Part shown: positions 1 through 9,250 of the stretch, piece after piece
Layout of the letters: each line of letters starts with the position of its first letter
Numbering within the stretch: the first letter of the stretch is position 1
From: Alphaproteobacteria bacterium
Lineage (GTDB): Bacteria > Pseudomonadota > Alphaproteobacteria > UBA828
DNA: 64,000 nucleotides
Direction of reading: 5' to 3'
Assembly (NCBI GenBank): GCA_965237415.1
Contig: CBDEFM010000002.1
Span: 1,856,001 to 1,920,000, forward strand
Translations under genes and position numbers: made by a program
Notes under the pieces: generated by a model
Databases searched by the model: none
Seen by the model: the letters and a program-made list of their open reading frames with translations, nothing else
Told to the model about the DNA's origin: nothing

Positions 1-184
1 CCACGATGCCCTGATGAACCCCTGCCCCTTCGACGCAAGCGGCCACCCGGCGCTCACCATCCCCTGCGGAATGGCCGACGGTCTCCCCATCGGACTCTCG
101 CTGGTGTCCAGGCATTTCGGCGAGCCCGTCATGCTCCGCGCCGCCCAAGCGTTCGCCGACGCGGTCGACTGGCGGACCCTTTAG
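1..184 (+). CDS. Amidase signature family protein, C-terminal end (gene begins left of window)
   Basis: Frame starting at base 2 reads HDALMNPCPFDASGHPALTIPCGMADGLPIGLSLVSRHFGEPVMLRAAQAFADAVDWRTL then TAG at 182-184. This parallels the C-terminus of the amidase at 52143-53714 ([26 protein letters not shown]). Confidence 0.85.
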   Translation, partial: HDALMNPCPFDASGHPALTIPCGMADGLPIGLSLVSRHFGEPVMLRAAQAFADAVDWRTL

Positions 185-241
185 AGCGAGTCCGTCTTTG
201 ACGGGCTCGCGACAGGCCGCGACCCTGGTGAGAAATGCGAG

Positions 242-1635
242 CTAAGCGTCTTCCCTGAACACGGCCAGCGGCGAGCAGGGCGGCGGTATCGAGATGGCCT
301 GGATGACGGTCTCGGGCTGGCGCAGGTAGTCGCCGAGCGCGCGGTCCTCTGCGCTGCGCTCCGGGGTCTCGATATGCGTGCCCAGGCGCCGGCCGAAACG
401 GACCAGAGAGCGCCCGTAGCGCATCCGCTCCGCATCGTAACGGGAGAGAGCGCGCGAAATCTCGCCGGGATGGGCCTCGATGGCGTCGGTGAGGCAAACC
501 GCGTCGCCGGTCGCCTTCACGACGCCCATTCCGGTGTGGGGCCGCGCGGAAAACGCGCATCGTAACGGGAGAGAGCGCGCGAAATCTCGCCGGGATGGGC
601 CTCGATGGCGTCGGTGAGGCAAACCGCGTCGCCGGTCGCCTTCACGACGCCCATTCCGGTGTGGGGCCGCGCGGAAAACGCCGCGTCCCCCAGCATGGCC
701 ACGCGCCCCTGCACCATCTGCGGCACCTCCAGATCCACGATGGTCTGGAAGAAGAGTCCGCGTGCAAGGGTCATCGGCTCCGCGAGCGCAGGCGGCAGGC
801 GCTCCTCCGCCGCGCGATGAATTTCGTCGATCCACGAGCGAGCGATAAGGTCCGGCGCGATCCCTGCCTCGTGATAGTTGCCGGCCTCATCGGTCTGCAT
901 CCGCCGCAACTCGTCGGCCGTGGCCAGCCTGTACCAGACGATATTGAAGCGGCGCTTGCCGGGGCTCAGGTCGCCATCCGGCCCCGCGACGGGGTAGCCC
1001 ACGACATGCTCACCGGGCGGCAGGCAGACGATAAAACGCGTAAGCAGAATATCGCGGTGCTCTGCCGAGAGCCGGTCCTCGTCCACGATGCCGCGCCACG
1101 CCACATAGCCTGCGTACTCCGGCACCGCCTCCGGCCAGAGCTGGGCGCGAACGGTGGAGCGCACGCCGTCGGCACCGATCAGGAGATCGGCCTCGACCCT
1201 GGAGCCGTCCGCGAAGTGCGCCAGCACGCCCTCTCCATGCGGCTCGACCCGCGTAAAGTTGGCGCCGGCAACGTAGCGCTCGTCGGGAAAGTTGCCGCGC
1301 AGAAGGTGGTAGAGATGCCCCCAGGTCGCTTGAATCTGCGGCAGGCGATAGCGGGCGAGGATGCGTCCGTCGGTCCCGAGGGTGATGCGCTCCTCGAGCC
1401 TGACGCCGAAGGCCTCGTCGATGGAGAGCCCCAGGCTCTCCAGCGCGGCATGAAGCCCCGGATGGGTCGCGATACCGACGCCCCGCTCGGCGAGCTCCGT
1501 GCCGATCCGCTCGTGCACCGTCACGTCGCAGCCAGCGCGCTGCAGCATGTTGCCGGCGAGCAGGCCGCCCATCGACCCGCCGACGACGACCACGCGCAAT
1601 CCCTTGGCTGAACGGCCGGTCGAACTATCTGTCAT
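242..1635 (-). pseudogene. FAD-dependent aromatic monooxygenase (2,6-dihydroxypyridine 3-hydroxylase-like), frameshifted by an internal 125-bp duplication
   Basis: GGSMGG dinucleotide-binding motif, DGVRS, YAGYVAWRG and GDAAFSARPHTGMGVVKA motifs in ORF 517..1635. The natural C-terminus (ERMRYGRSLVRFGRRLG...) is in another frame ending at 242. Removing one repeat copy gives a continuous 422-aa ORF. Could be an assembly artefact. Confidence 0.8.
431..680. repeat. Perfect 125-bp direct tandem duplication (431-555 and 556-680)
   Basis: cgcatcgtaacgggagagag...gccgcgcggaaaacg occurs twice head to tail, read directly from the sequence. Confidence 0.97.
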
Positions 1636-1659
1636 GGCAGCGGGTCTCCGTTCGAAGCG

Positions 1660-2859
1660 TTAGTGCGCAGACGGGCGGCCCCAGAGGCGCCGCGATGCGA
1701 TCGCGGCACCTTCGACCAGCGCCCCGAGCTTGCCCCAGGCCACGTCGTTCGCCACGAACTCGTAGCTCGCGAAGGTGCCGAAGCCGCAATCGGTCCCCGC
1801 GATGACCCGGCTCCGCTCGCCGATCGCCTCGACGGCAGCGCAGATACGATTGGCGACGAGCTCCGGATGTTCCAGATAGTTTGTCGTTACGTCGATGACG
1901 CCGGGGATGAACACCATGTCGTCTGGCAACGGTAGTTTCTTGAAGGCTGCCGTCTCATGCTCATGCCGGGGATTCCCAAGTGGGATGCTGAGGGCGCCGA
2001 CCTTGGCGCGATAGAGGATGGGCAACAGCTCCTCCACCGGTACGTCGTCCTGGTGTGGGCCTTGCCAGTTGCCCCAGCAGACATGCAGCCGGACCTTCTC
2101 GGGCGGGATGTCCGCGAGCGCGAGGTTCATCGCCTCGACGTGAAGCTCGACCCGCTCGAGAAAGTCGCCGAGCGGCCGCTCGCCGAACATGATGACGCGC
2201 TCCATGGCGAGATCGGGCGCGTCGATCTGCAGGATGTGGCCCTGGGAGACGACGTAGTCGTATTCCTTCTTGAGCTCCCGCGCGACACCCATCACGTAGT
2301 CACGATCGGCCGCGTAGACGGGATTGTCCTCTGCCCGGAGCAGCGTCGTCGTCACGATGCCGGGTGAGGCGGCCGTCATGAAGACATCCTCGAATCCTGT
2401 CGGCTGCCTGGCGAGGGAGCGGGCGAAAGAGTCGCACTCCGCCGCCACGCCGCTCAGCGTCTCGTCGTAGCGCACCGCACCCAGCGCCTGCGGCGCGTTC
2501 CACACTCGCGCCAGGTTCTCCGACGTGCCGATCTGGCGGCCGAGGAACGCCGCGAAGTCGGGAAACTTGATCATGTCGGTCGGCGTGTTGCGCTTCGATT
2601 CACCGCCGAAGCCGCTCATGCGCTCGGCCACGTAGGTGGAAAACCCGATCCGCGGCATCTCGCCGTCGTTGCCGATGTCGAGTCCGCAGACAAGCTGCTT
2701 GCCGACCGCGACATCCAGCGCGCGGTCGACCTCGCGGTCGAATTCGGCTTGTTCGAAGGGCTTTCCCTGCTCGCGACGAATCAGCAGGTCGGTTAGCGCC
2801 GTCGTGCGAGGAAGACTTCCCGCGTGCGTTGTCAGGATGCGCTCGTCGCTTGCCTTCAT
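1660..2859 (-). CDS. Cobalamin-independent methionine synthase II family (MetE C-terminal domain-like) zinc protein
   Basis: Starts MKASDERILTTHAGSLPR. Contains QIDAPDLA, RLHVCWGN (HxC), PGVIDVTTNYLEHPELVA and GTDCGFGTF. Single-barrel length of about 399 aa. Confidence 0.88.
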   Translation of the reverse strand: MKASDERILTTHAGSLPRTTALTDLLIRREQGKPFEQAEFDREVDRALDVAVGKQLVCGLDIGNDGEMPRIGFSTYVAERMSGFGGESKRNTPTDMIKFPDFAAFLGRQIGTSENLARVWNAPQALGAVRYDETLSGVAAECDSFARSLARQPTGFEDVFMTAASPGIVTTTLLRAEDNPVYAADRDYVMGVARELKKEYDYVVSQGHILQIDAPDLAMERVIMFGERPLGDFLERVELHVEAMNLALADIPPEKVRLHVCWGNWQGPHQDDVPVEELLPILYRAKVGALSIPLGNPRHEHETAAFKKLPLPDDMVFIPGVIDVTTNYLEHPELVANRICAAVEAIGERSRVIAGTDCGFGTFASYEFVANDVAWGKLGALVEGAAIASRRLWGRPSAH

Positions 2860-3052
2860 CGGCAATGCCTCGCTCTTCTGCGGCCAATCCTCCGCGCATA
2901 AGCCTACGCGATGCGCTCGCCTCCCACCATTCGGCAACGCGTTTCACTGGCGGGTCTCCCGTCCGGGCTCGTTCCGGTATACCCTTTGGGCGACCATGGA
3001 TCGGTGGTCGCCGGTTGTTTTCAGGTAGCGCGCGTTATGGGGAGGTTGGCCC

Positions 3053-3364
3053 ATGCATCTCACTGTACGGGAAGAGGAACGTATTCAGATCTGGGCCGCC
3101 GCCGAGATGGCGCGGCGGCGCCTCGAGCGCGGCGTCAAGCTGAACTACCCCGAGGCGATCGCGCTGATCTGCGACGAGCTCCTGGAGCGGGCGCGCGAGG
3201 GCAGCATCCCGATGCTGACCGACTTGATGGAATACGGCGCCACGATCCTGAAGCGGGACGACGTGATGACCGGCGTGCCCGAGATGATGAAGGTGGTGCA
3301 GGTCGAGGCGCTCTTCCCGGACGGGACGAAGCTCGTCACGGTCATGAACCCGATCCGCGAATAG
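3053..3364 (+). CDS. ureA: Urease subunit gamma
   Basis: MHLTVRE..., [26 protein letters not shown] motifs; GGGAGG RBS upstream. Confidence 0.95.
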   Translation: MHLTVREEERIQIWAAAEMARRRLERGVKLNYPEAIALICDELLERAREGSIPMLTDLMEYGATILKRDDVMTGVPEMMKVVQVEALFPDGTKLVTVMNPIRE

Positions 3365-3389
3365 CGCGGGCCACGCGAGGAGAAGGCCG

Positions 3390-3896
3390 ATGGCCGAGAG
3401 GAAATGGAGCCCGCCGCCGCTGCCCGAGTCGGTCGTGCCCGACGAGGCCTTCGACGTGGGCGAGCCGGAGAGGTGCGGGGCGATCGACTTCGCCGACGGC
3501 GATATCGAGATCAACGTCGGGCGGCCCTCGATCGAGATCGTCATGGTCAACACCGGCGACCGGCCGATCCAGATCGGCGCCCACTACCACCTCGCCGAGT
3601 GCAACAAGGCAATGGCCTTCGACCGCGCGGCGGCGTTCGGCATGCGCCTCGACGTCCCGAGCGGCAGCGCGGTGCGCTTCGAGCCAGGCCAGAGCCGCAA
3701 GGTGCGGATCACCGGCTACGTCGGGCGCCAGGTCGCCTACGGCATGAACAATATGACCAACGGCTCGGTCCGCTCCGGCATCATCAAGGAGCAGACGATG
3801 CGCCGTCTCAAGGCCGAGGGCTTTTGCTTCGAGGGCGAGCGCTATCGGGTCGAGACGCCGCCGGACGAGAGGTTCGGCGGCAAAGACGGCTACTGA
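3390..3896 (+). CDS. ureB: Urease subunit beta with N- and C-terminal extensions
   Basis: NTGDRPIQIGAHYH, FDRAAAFGMRLDVPSGSAVRFEPG motifs; AGGAG RBS. Confidence 0.93.
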   Translation: MAERKWSPPPLPESVVPDEAFDVGEPERCGAIDFADGDIEINVGRPSIEIVMVNTGDRPIQIGAHYHLAECNKAMAFDRAAAFGMRLDVPSGSAVRFEPGQSRKVRITGYVGRQVAYGMNNMTNGSVRSGIIKEQTMRRLKAEGFCFEGERYRVETPPDERFGGKDGY

Positions 3897-3932
3897 CGCG
3901 AGGCACGCGAATGCTGAACCGGCGCCGGCCGC

Positions 3933-3968
3933 GCCAGGAGCGGGGCCGGGAGCAGGGCCAGGAGCAGG
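3933..3968 (+). repeat. 3 x 12-bp imperfect tandem repeat (gccaggagcggg / gccgggagcagg / gccaggagcagg) just upstream of ureC
   Basis: Read directly; each unit contains GGAG. Confidence 0.8.
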
Positions 3969-3978
3969 GAACCAGAGC

Positions 3979-5685
3979 ATGAGCACGAAGATCGCCCGCC
4001 CGGACTACGCCGCGCAGTACGGGCCGACCACCGGGGACAAGATCCACCTCGCCGACACCGGCCTCGTGGCGGAAATCGAGCACGATTACACGACCTACGG
4101 CGACGAGCTGGTCTTCGGCGGCGGCAAGACCATCCGCGACGGCATGGGCCAGGCGTCGAAGTGGAAGCAGAGCGACGGCGGGCTCGACATGGTGATCACG
4201 AACGCCGTGATCATCGACCCGATCCTGGGCGTCGTGAAGGGCGACATCGGCGTGCTGGATGGCGAGATCGTCGGCGTCGGCAAGGCGGGCAACCCGGACA
4301 CCATGAACATCACGCCGGGGCTCATCGTCTCGCCCAACACCGACATCCTCTCGGTGGAGGGAATGATCTGCACGCCGGGCTTCGTCGACATCCACCCCCA
4401 CTTCGATTCCGTGCAGCAGCTCTACGAGTATCAGAACGCGGGCTTCACCACGGTGATCGGCGGCGGCTCGGGGCCGAAGACGGTGGGCATCGAGTGCCCC
4501 GGCGTCTTCAACATCCAGCGCATGCTGGAGGCGATGGCGGACATTCCGCTCAACTTCGGCAACTTCGGCAAGGGCAACGCGGCGACGCCGGGCTCGCTGG
4601 TCGAGCAGATCCTGGCCGGCGCCACGGGGCTCAAGATCCACGAGGACTGGTCGTCCTCGCCCGCCGCCATCGAGACCACGATGGAGCTCGCGGACGAATA
4701 CGACTTCCAGGTCCAGATCCACGCCGACACGCTGAACGAGACCGGCTACTACGAGGACACGATCGCGGCGATCAACGGCCGCGTCATGCACATTTATCAC
4801 TGTGAGGGGGCGGGCGGGGGCAACGCGCCTGACATGATGCGGGTCTGCGGCGAGCCCAACCTGCTGCCGAGCTCGACCAACCCGACCAACCCGTTCTCGA
4901 TCAACACGTACGACGAAGAGATCGACATGTTGATCACCTGCCACAACCTGAACAAGAGCGTGCCGACGGACATCGCCTTCATTCAGGGCCGGGCCAGGGC
5001 GGAGACCATGCGGGCGGAGGACGTGCTGCACGACATGGGGGCGATCAGCATGATCGGCTCCGACAGCCAGGGTGTAGGCCGCGCGGCGGAGAGCGCGCAG
5101 CGCTCCTTCCAGCTTGCGGCGGTGAACAAGGTGCGCTTCGGGCGTCTGTCTGAGGACGGTTCGGGCAACGACAACTTCAGGATCAAACGCTATCTCGCCA
5201 AGGTCACGATCAACCCATCGATCTGCTTCGGCGTCGATTCCTATGTGGGCTCGATCACGCCGGGCAAGCTTGCGGATCTGGTGTTCTGGCGGCCCGAGTT
5301 CTTCATCGCGAAGCCCGAGGTGACGCTGAAGGGCGGCTTCATCTCGCACGCGGTCATGGGCGATCCGGCGGGCTCGCTGATGACCGGCCAGCCGCTCAAG
5401 TACCGCCCGCAATACGGCTCCCTCGGCGTCAATCCGAAGCGGACCTGCTACTCCTTCGTGACCAAGGCAGCGATCGACAATGGCCTCGAGGACGTGCTCG
5501 AGACCCAGCAGCTCAAGCCTGTGAAGCGCTGCCGCACGATCTCCAAGCGCGACATGATCCACAACGACGCGCTGCCGGATATCGAGATCGACCCCGAGAC
5601 CTACAATGTCTACGTCGATGGCGAGCGCGTCACGGTGAAGCCGGCAAAGACCCTGCCCCTCACCCAGCTCTTTTACTTCCGATAG
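3979..5685 (+). CDS. ureC: Urease subunit alpha (divergent active-site pocket)
   Basis: YGPTTGD, FGGGKTIRDGMGQ, GKAGNPD, H139/H141, K219 (GLKIHEDW), H248, H274, C321-H322 and D362 (SDSQ) all present; 568 aa. Confidence 0.95.
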   Translation: MSTKIARPDYAAQYGPTTGDKIHLADTGLVAEIEHDYTTYGDELVFGGGKTIRDGMGQASKWKQSDGGLDMVITNAVIIDPILGVVKGDIGVLDGEIVGVGKAGNPDTMNITPGLIVSPNTDILSVEGMICTPGFVDIHPHFDSVQQLYEYQNAGFTTVIGGGSGPKTVGIECPGVFNIQRMLEAMADIPLNFGNFGKGNAATPGSLVEQILAGATGLKIHEDWSSSPAAIETTMELADEYDFQVQIHADTLNETGYYEDTIAAINGRVMHIYHCEGAGGGNAPDMMRVCGEPNLLPSSTNPTNPFSINTYDEEIDMLITCHNLNKSVPTDIAFIQGRARAETMRAEDVLHDMGAISMIGSDSQGVGRAAESAQRSFQLAAVNKVRFGRLSEDGSGNDNFRIKRYLAKVTINPSICFGVDSYVGSITPGKLADLVFWRPEFFIAKPEVTLKGGFISHAVMGDPAGSLMTGQPLKYRPQYGSLGVNPKRTCYSFVTKAAIDNGLEDVLETQQLKPVKRCRTISKRDMIHNDALPDIEIDPETYNVYVDGERVTVKPAKTLPLTQLFYFR

Positions 5686-5709
5686 GCGGCGGCGGGCGCG
5701 ACAGTACGC

Positions 5710-6183
5710 ATGGCAGTCGTCACCGCGGTCCTCGGCACCGTCGACAGTCTGCGCGATCGGATCGAGAGCGAGGATCCGGTCCTGCTCAACTCGGAGGAGC
5801 GCGCCAGCGCCCATCTCGTGGGGCGCTCAGCAGGGGGCCGTGCTGTCCGCATCTCGCTGCCGCGCGGCACCGAGATCAACGACGGCGATGTGCTGGCGTT
5901 AGACGGCACCACGGCGCTGGTGGCGCGCGCGGCACCGGAGGCGCTCTACGTCGTCAGCCCCGACGATGCCTACACCTGGGGCGTCGCGGGCTATCAGCTC
6001 GGCAATCTGCACCGGCCCGTCCGCTTCACCGATGAGGGCATGCTGACGCCGGCCGACCCCATGGTGGCTGATCTGCTCACGCGCCTCGACATCGCCTTCG
6101 AGGAGCGCACGATTCCCTTCGTCGGCAGGCGCTACGGCGCCCACGGCGCCCATCACCACCACGACCATCACCATGACCGCTGA
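5710..6183 (+). CDS. ureE: Urease accessory protein UreE
   Basis: YQLGNLH metal site, LPRGTEINDGDVL, His-rich C-terminal tail. Confidence 0.9.
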   Translation: MAVVTAVLGTVDSLRDRIESEDPVLLNSEERASAHLVGRSAGGRAVRISLPRGTEINDGDVLALDGTTALVARAAPEALYVVSPDDAYTWGVAGYQLGNLHRPVRFTDEGMLTPADPMVADLLTRLDIAFEERTIPFVGRRYGAHGAHHHHDHHHDR

Positions 6184-6871
6184 CGGTCCCGACCGGCTCC
6201 TCTACCTGCTGCAGGTCGCGAACGCCTCGTTCCCGACCGGCGCGTTCAACCATTCTTACGGCTTCGAGACCTGGATCGACTCAGGCGCCCTCGACGACGG
6301 CGCGCGCTTCGAGAGCGCGTGCCGGGACTGGCTCCGCTATTGCGCCGTGCCGACGGACGGAGCCGCGGTCGCGCACGCCCACCGTCGCGCCGCCGCAAGC
6401 GATCTCGACGCCCTCGTGGACCTCGACCGCATCGTCGGCGCGCTCAAGCTGAGCCGGGAGGCGCGCGAGGCCTCGTTCAAGACCGGGCGCGCGCTGCTCG
6501 GCGCCTATCGCGACATCTTCTCGACCGAGTCCCTTGCGCCCTTTGCCGCGGCGGTGCGCGACGGGCGCTCTGAGGGGCATCAGGCCGTGGTCTTCGGCGC
6601 CGCGGCGGAAGCGCAGGGAATCGCCGCGGACGATGCGATCCTCGCCTTCCTCCACGCCGCGCTTTCCAACCTCGTCAGTGTCGGTGCGCGGCTGATCCCG
6701 CTCGGCCAGATCCAGAGCCAGCGGATCATCAGGGAGGCCTGGCCGCTGCTGACGCAGGGCACCGACGAGGCCTGCGCCATGGAGCTGGATGCGCTCGGCA
6801 GCGCCACCGCCGGCCTCGATATCGCCGGCATGCGGCACGAGCGCCTGCATACGCGGCTTTGTATGTCGTGA
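6173..6871 (+). CDS. ureF: Urease accessory protein UreF
   Basis: FPTGAFNHSYGFE, RLIPLGQ, C-terminal HERLHTRLCMS. Confidence 0.92.
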   Translation: MTADGPDRLLYLLQVANASFPTGAFNHSYGFETWIDSGALDDGARFESACRDWLRYCAVPTDGAAVAHAHRRAAASDLDALVDLDRIVGALKLSREAREASFKTGRALLGAYRDIFSTESLAPFAAAVRDGRSEGHQAVVFGAAAEAQGIAADDAILAFLHAALSNLVSVGARLIPLGQIQSQRIIREAWPLLTQGTDEACAMELDALGSATAGLDIAGMRHERLHTRLCMS

Positions 6872-6930
6872 GCCTCTGCTCACGCGGTATTCAGGTCGTG
6901 AGCTCCTGCTCACGCGGATTTATGTCGTGA
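6851..6930. repeat. About 2.6 copies of a 30-31-bp unit spanning the ureF stop; two copies carry the palindrome CGTGAGC-N4-GCTCACG
   Basis: Units acgcggctttgtatgtcgtgagcctctgctc / acgcggtattcaggtcgtgagctcctgctc / acgcggatttatgtcgtga. Confidence 0.85.
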
Positions 6931-6966
6931 TACGGTAAGATCGGAGCAATCGGGGAGATTTTGGTC

Positions 6967-7611
6967 ATGCGCAGGCCGGTCAGGATCGGCATCGGCGGGC
7001 CGGTGGGGTCGGGCAAGACGGCGCTGCTGGTGTCGCTCTGCCGCAGCATGGGGCGGGACCATTCGCTGGCCGCCATCACCAACGACATCTACACCAAGGA
7101 AGACGCCGAGTTCGTGATCAAGTCGGGCGCGATTGCGCCGGACCGCGTGGCCGGTGTCGAGACCGGCGGCTGCCCGCACACCGCCATCCGCGAGGATGTC
7201 TCGATGAACGCCCATGCCATCGAGGAGATGGCGGCGCTGCATCCCGACCTCGACATCGTCTTCGTCGAGAGCGGGGGCGACAATCTGGCTGCGACCTTCA
7301 GCCCGGAGCTGGTGGACAGCTACGTCTACGTGATCGACGTGGCCGAGGGCGACAAGATCCCGCGCAAGGGGGGGCCCGCCATCACCAAGTCGCCGCTGCT
7401 GGTCATCAACAAGATCGACCTCGCGCCCTTCGTCGGCGCCGACCTGGGTGTGATGGAGCGGGATTCGAAGAAGATGCGGGGCGAGCGGCCCTTCCTCTTC
7501 ACCAACCTGCGCGCGGGCGAGGGGCTGGGCGAGGTGATCGCCTGGATCGAGCGCGACGTTCTCCTGATGGAAGGCCACGGTGGAGCCGAGCGTCGCGCCC
7601 ATACAGCCTGA
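6967..7611 (+). CDS. ureG: Urease accessory GTPase UreG
   Basis: GPVGSGKT P-loop, [22 protein letters not shown]. Confidence 0.96.
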   Translation: MRRPVRIGIGGPVGSGKTALLVSLCRSMGRDHSLAAITNDIYTKEDAEFVIKSGAIAPDRVAGVETGGCPHTAIREDVSMNAHAIEEMAALHPDLDIVFVESGGDNLAATFSPELVDSYVYVIDVAEGDKIPRKGGPAITKSPLLVINKIDLAPFVGADLGVMERDSKKMRGERPFLFTNLRAGEGLGEVIAWIERDVLLMEGHGGAERRAHTA

Positions 7612-8449
7612 TCCCCAATGGATCGTCGGTAAGTACGCGCTGATGAACGTCCGCGCGCTGAGCCGGCGCGGGCGCACGGAGATCGACCCGCTCTGCTGGC
7701 GCATTCCCTTCCAGTGGCAGGGCTATCACTACCAGGATCACGACGACCAGCCCTTCATGCTGCTGGTGAACAGCGGCGGCGGCTTCGTCGAGGGCGATGT
7801 CGCGCACTTCCACGGCGTGCTGGAGCCCGGCACGCGCGCCCTCTTCACTACCACGGCATCGAGCAAGTTCTACAAGTGCCCGGGCGGCGCCGTGTCGCGC
7901 GAGATCGTCGATCTCCATGTCGGCGAAGACGCGCTTCTGGAGTTCTGTCCGGACGAGGCGATCCCCTTCGCCCGCAGCCGGGCGCATCGGATCAACCGGA
8001 TCGACATGGCGCCGTCGTCCCGGCTCTTCGCCACCGATATGATTTCGGCCGGGCGTGTGCACTACGGCGCGGGCGAGATCTTCCGCTTCGACCATCTGAT
8101 CTCCGAGTTCCGCATCACCATCGGCGGCCGCCTGGCCGCACTCGACCGCCTGGTTGCGACCGCGCCCGAGACCATCGCCGCGCTCGAGCGGCTGTGGCTG
8201 GGGCGGCTGCACATGGCGACGGCCTTTGCTTATGCACCGGTTCTCGCGCCCGGCGTCGAGGACGGCGTTCACGAGGCCATCGACGGTGTGGACGGCACCG
8301 AGGCGGGCGTCACCCGCATCGGCAACCTGGTGATCGTCCGTATCCTGAGCCACGAGACGTGGCAGGCCCACGAGGCGCTCTTCAACGCGTGGACCGCGCT
8401 CCGCCCTGCCATCGCAGGCAAGAGCGCGCGCCCGATACGCAAGTGCTAG
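7580..8449 (+). CDS. ureD: Urease accessory protein UreD
   Basis: [41 protein letters not shown]; position after ureG; GTG start approximate. Confidence 0.85.
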   Translation: MEPSVAPIQPDPQWIVGKYALMNVRALSRRGRTEIDPLCWRIPFQWQGYHYQDHDDQPFMLLVNSGGGFVEGDVAHFHGVLEPGTRALFTTTASSKFYKCPGGAVSREIVDLHVGEDALLEFCPDEAIPFARSRAHRINRIDMAPSSRLFATDMISAGRVHYGAGEIFRFDHLISEFRITIGGRLAALDRLVATAPETIAALERLWLGRLHMATAFAYAPVLAPGVEDGVHEAIDGVDGTEAGVTRIGNLVIVRILSHETWQAHEALFNAWTALRPAIAGKSARPIRKC

Positions 8450-8472
8450 CGACAGGCTGAACGGGAACCCTC

Positions 8473-9201
8473 ATGGGCGGCGTGCTCGTTCTCGGACTCC
8501 TGGTCGGCATGCGCCATGCGCTGGAGGCGGACCATGTCGCAGCGATTGCGGCGCTCACGCAACGGAGCCGCGGCTTCCGCAGCGCCCTTCGCCTCGGCGC
8601 GGCGTGGGGTATCGGGCATACGCTGACCCTCTTCGCCGCCGGCACCATCGTGCTCTCGCTGGATGGGGTCATGCCCGAGCAGATCGCGCGCATCTTCGAG
8701 TTCGCCGTCGGCATCATGCTGGTTCTGCTCGGCGCCGATCTGCTCCGGCGTCTGATCGCGGCACGCGTTCACGTTCACGTCCATCGCCACGGCGATGGCA
8801 CGACCCACTTCCACGCGCACTCCCACGCCGGCGAGGCGGACCACACGTCATCCCGCCACGACCACGTGCATGTGCGCGGCCTGCCCGCGCGGGCGCTGGC
8901 GGTGGGGCTAATGCACGGCCTCGCGGGGTCGGCGGCGTTGATCCTGCTCACGGTGGGGCAGATCGACTCGTTCTTCTGGGCACTGGCCTATCTCGCGCTC
9001 TTCGGCATCGGCTCGATGATCGGCATGGCCGCGCTCTCCGTCGTCATCGCCATCCCGTTGCAGCGGGTGGCGCGGAGCCTCTCATGGGCGCACAACGCGC
9101 TGGGCGCGGCCATAGGGCTCGGGACGATCGGGCTTGGCGCCTGGGTTTCCTACCGGATCGGCGTCGTCGAAGGGCTGACGCTGACCGGCCTCGCCTCATA
9201 G
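8473..9201 (+). CDS. UreH-type nickel/cobalt permease
   Basis: GMRHALEADH (HX4DH), WGIGH, His-rich loop, GLMHGLAGSAAL; multiple hydrophobic helices; last gene of the ure operon. Confidence 0.85.
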   Translation: MGGVLVLGLLVGMRHALEADHVAAIAALTQRSRGFRSALRLGAAWGIGHTLTLFAAGTIVLSLDGVMPEQIARIFEFAVGIMLVLLGADLLRRLIAARVHVHVHRHGDGTTHFHAHSHAGEADHTSSRHDHVHVRGLPARALAVGLMHGLAGSAALILLTVGQIDSFFWALAYLALFGIGSMIGMAALSVVIAIPLQRVARSLSWAHNALGAAIGLGTIGLGAWVSYRIGVVEGLTLTGLAS

Positions 9202-9250
9202 CGGCTGTGGGCCGATTGACTGCCGGCTCCTGCACTATGTCTCGAAGCGC

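Noticed and set aside
6851-6930. Possible mini-CRISPR (palindromic repeats with variable linkers)
   Set aside because: Linkers are only ~7 nt, there are two full units, the first overlaps ureF coding sequence, and no cas genes are present.
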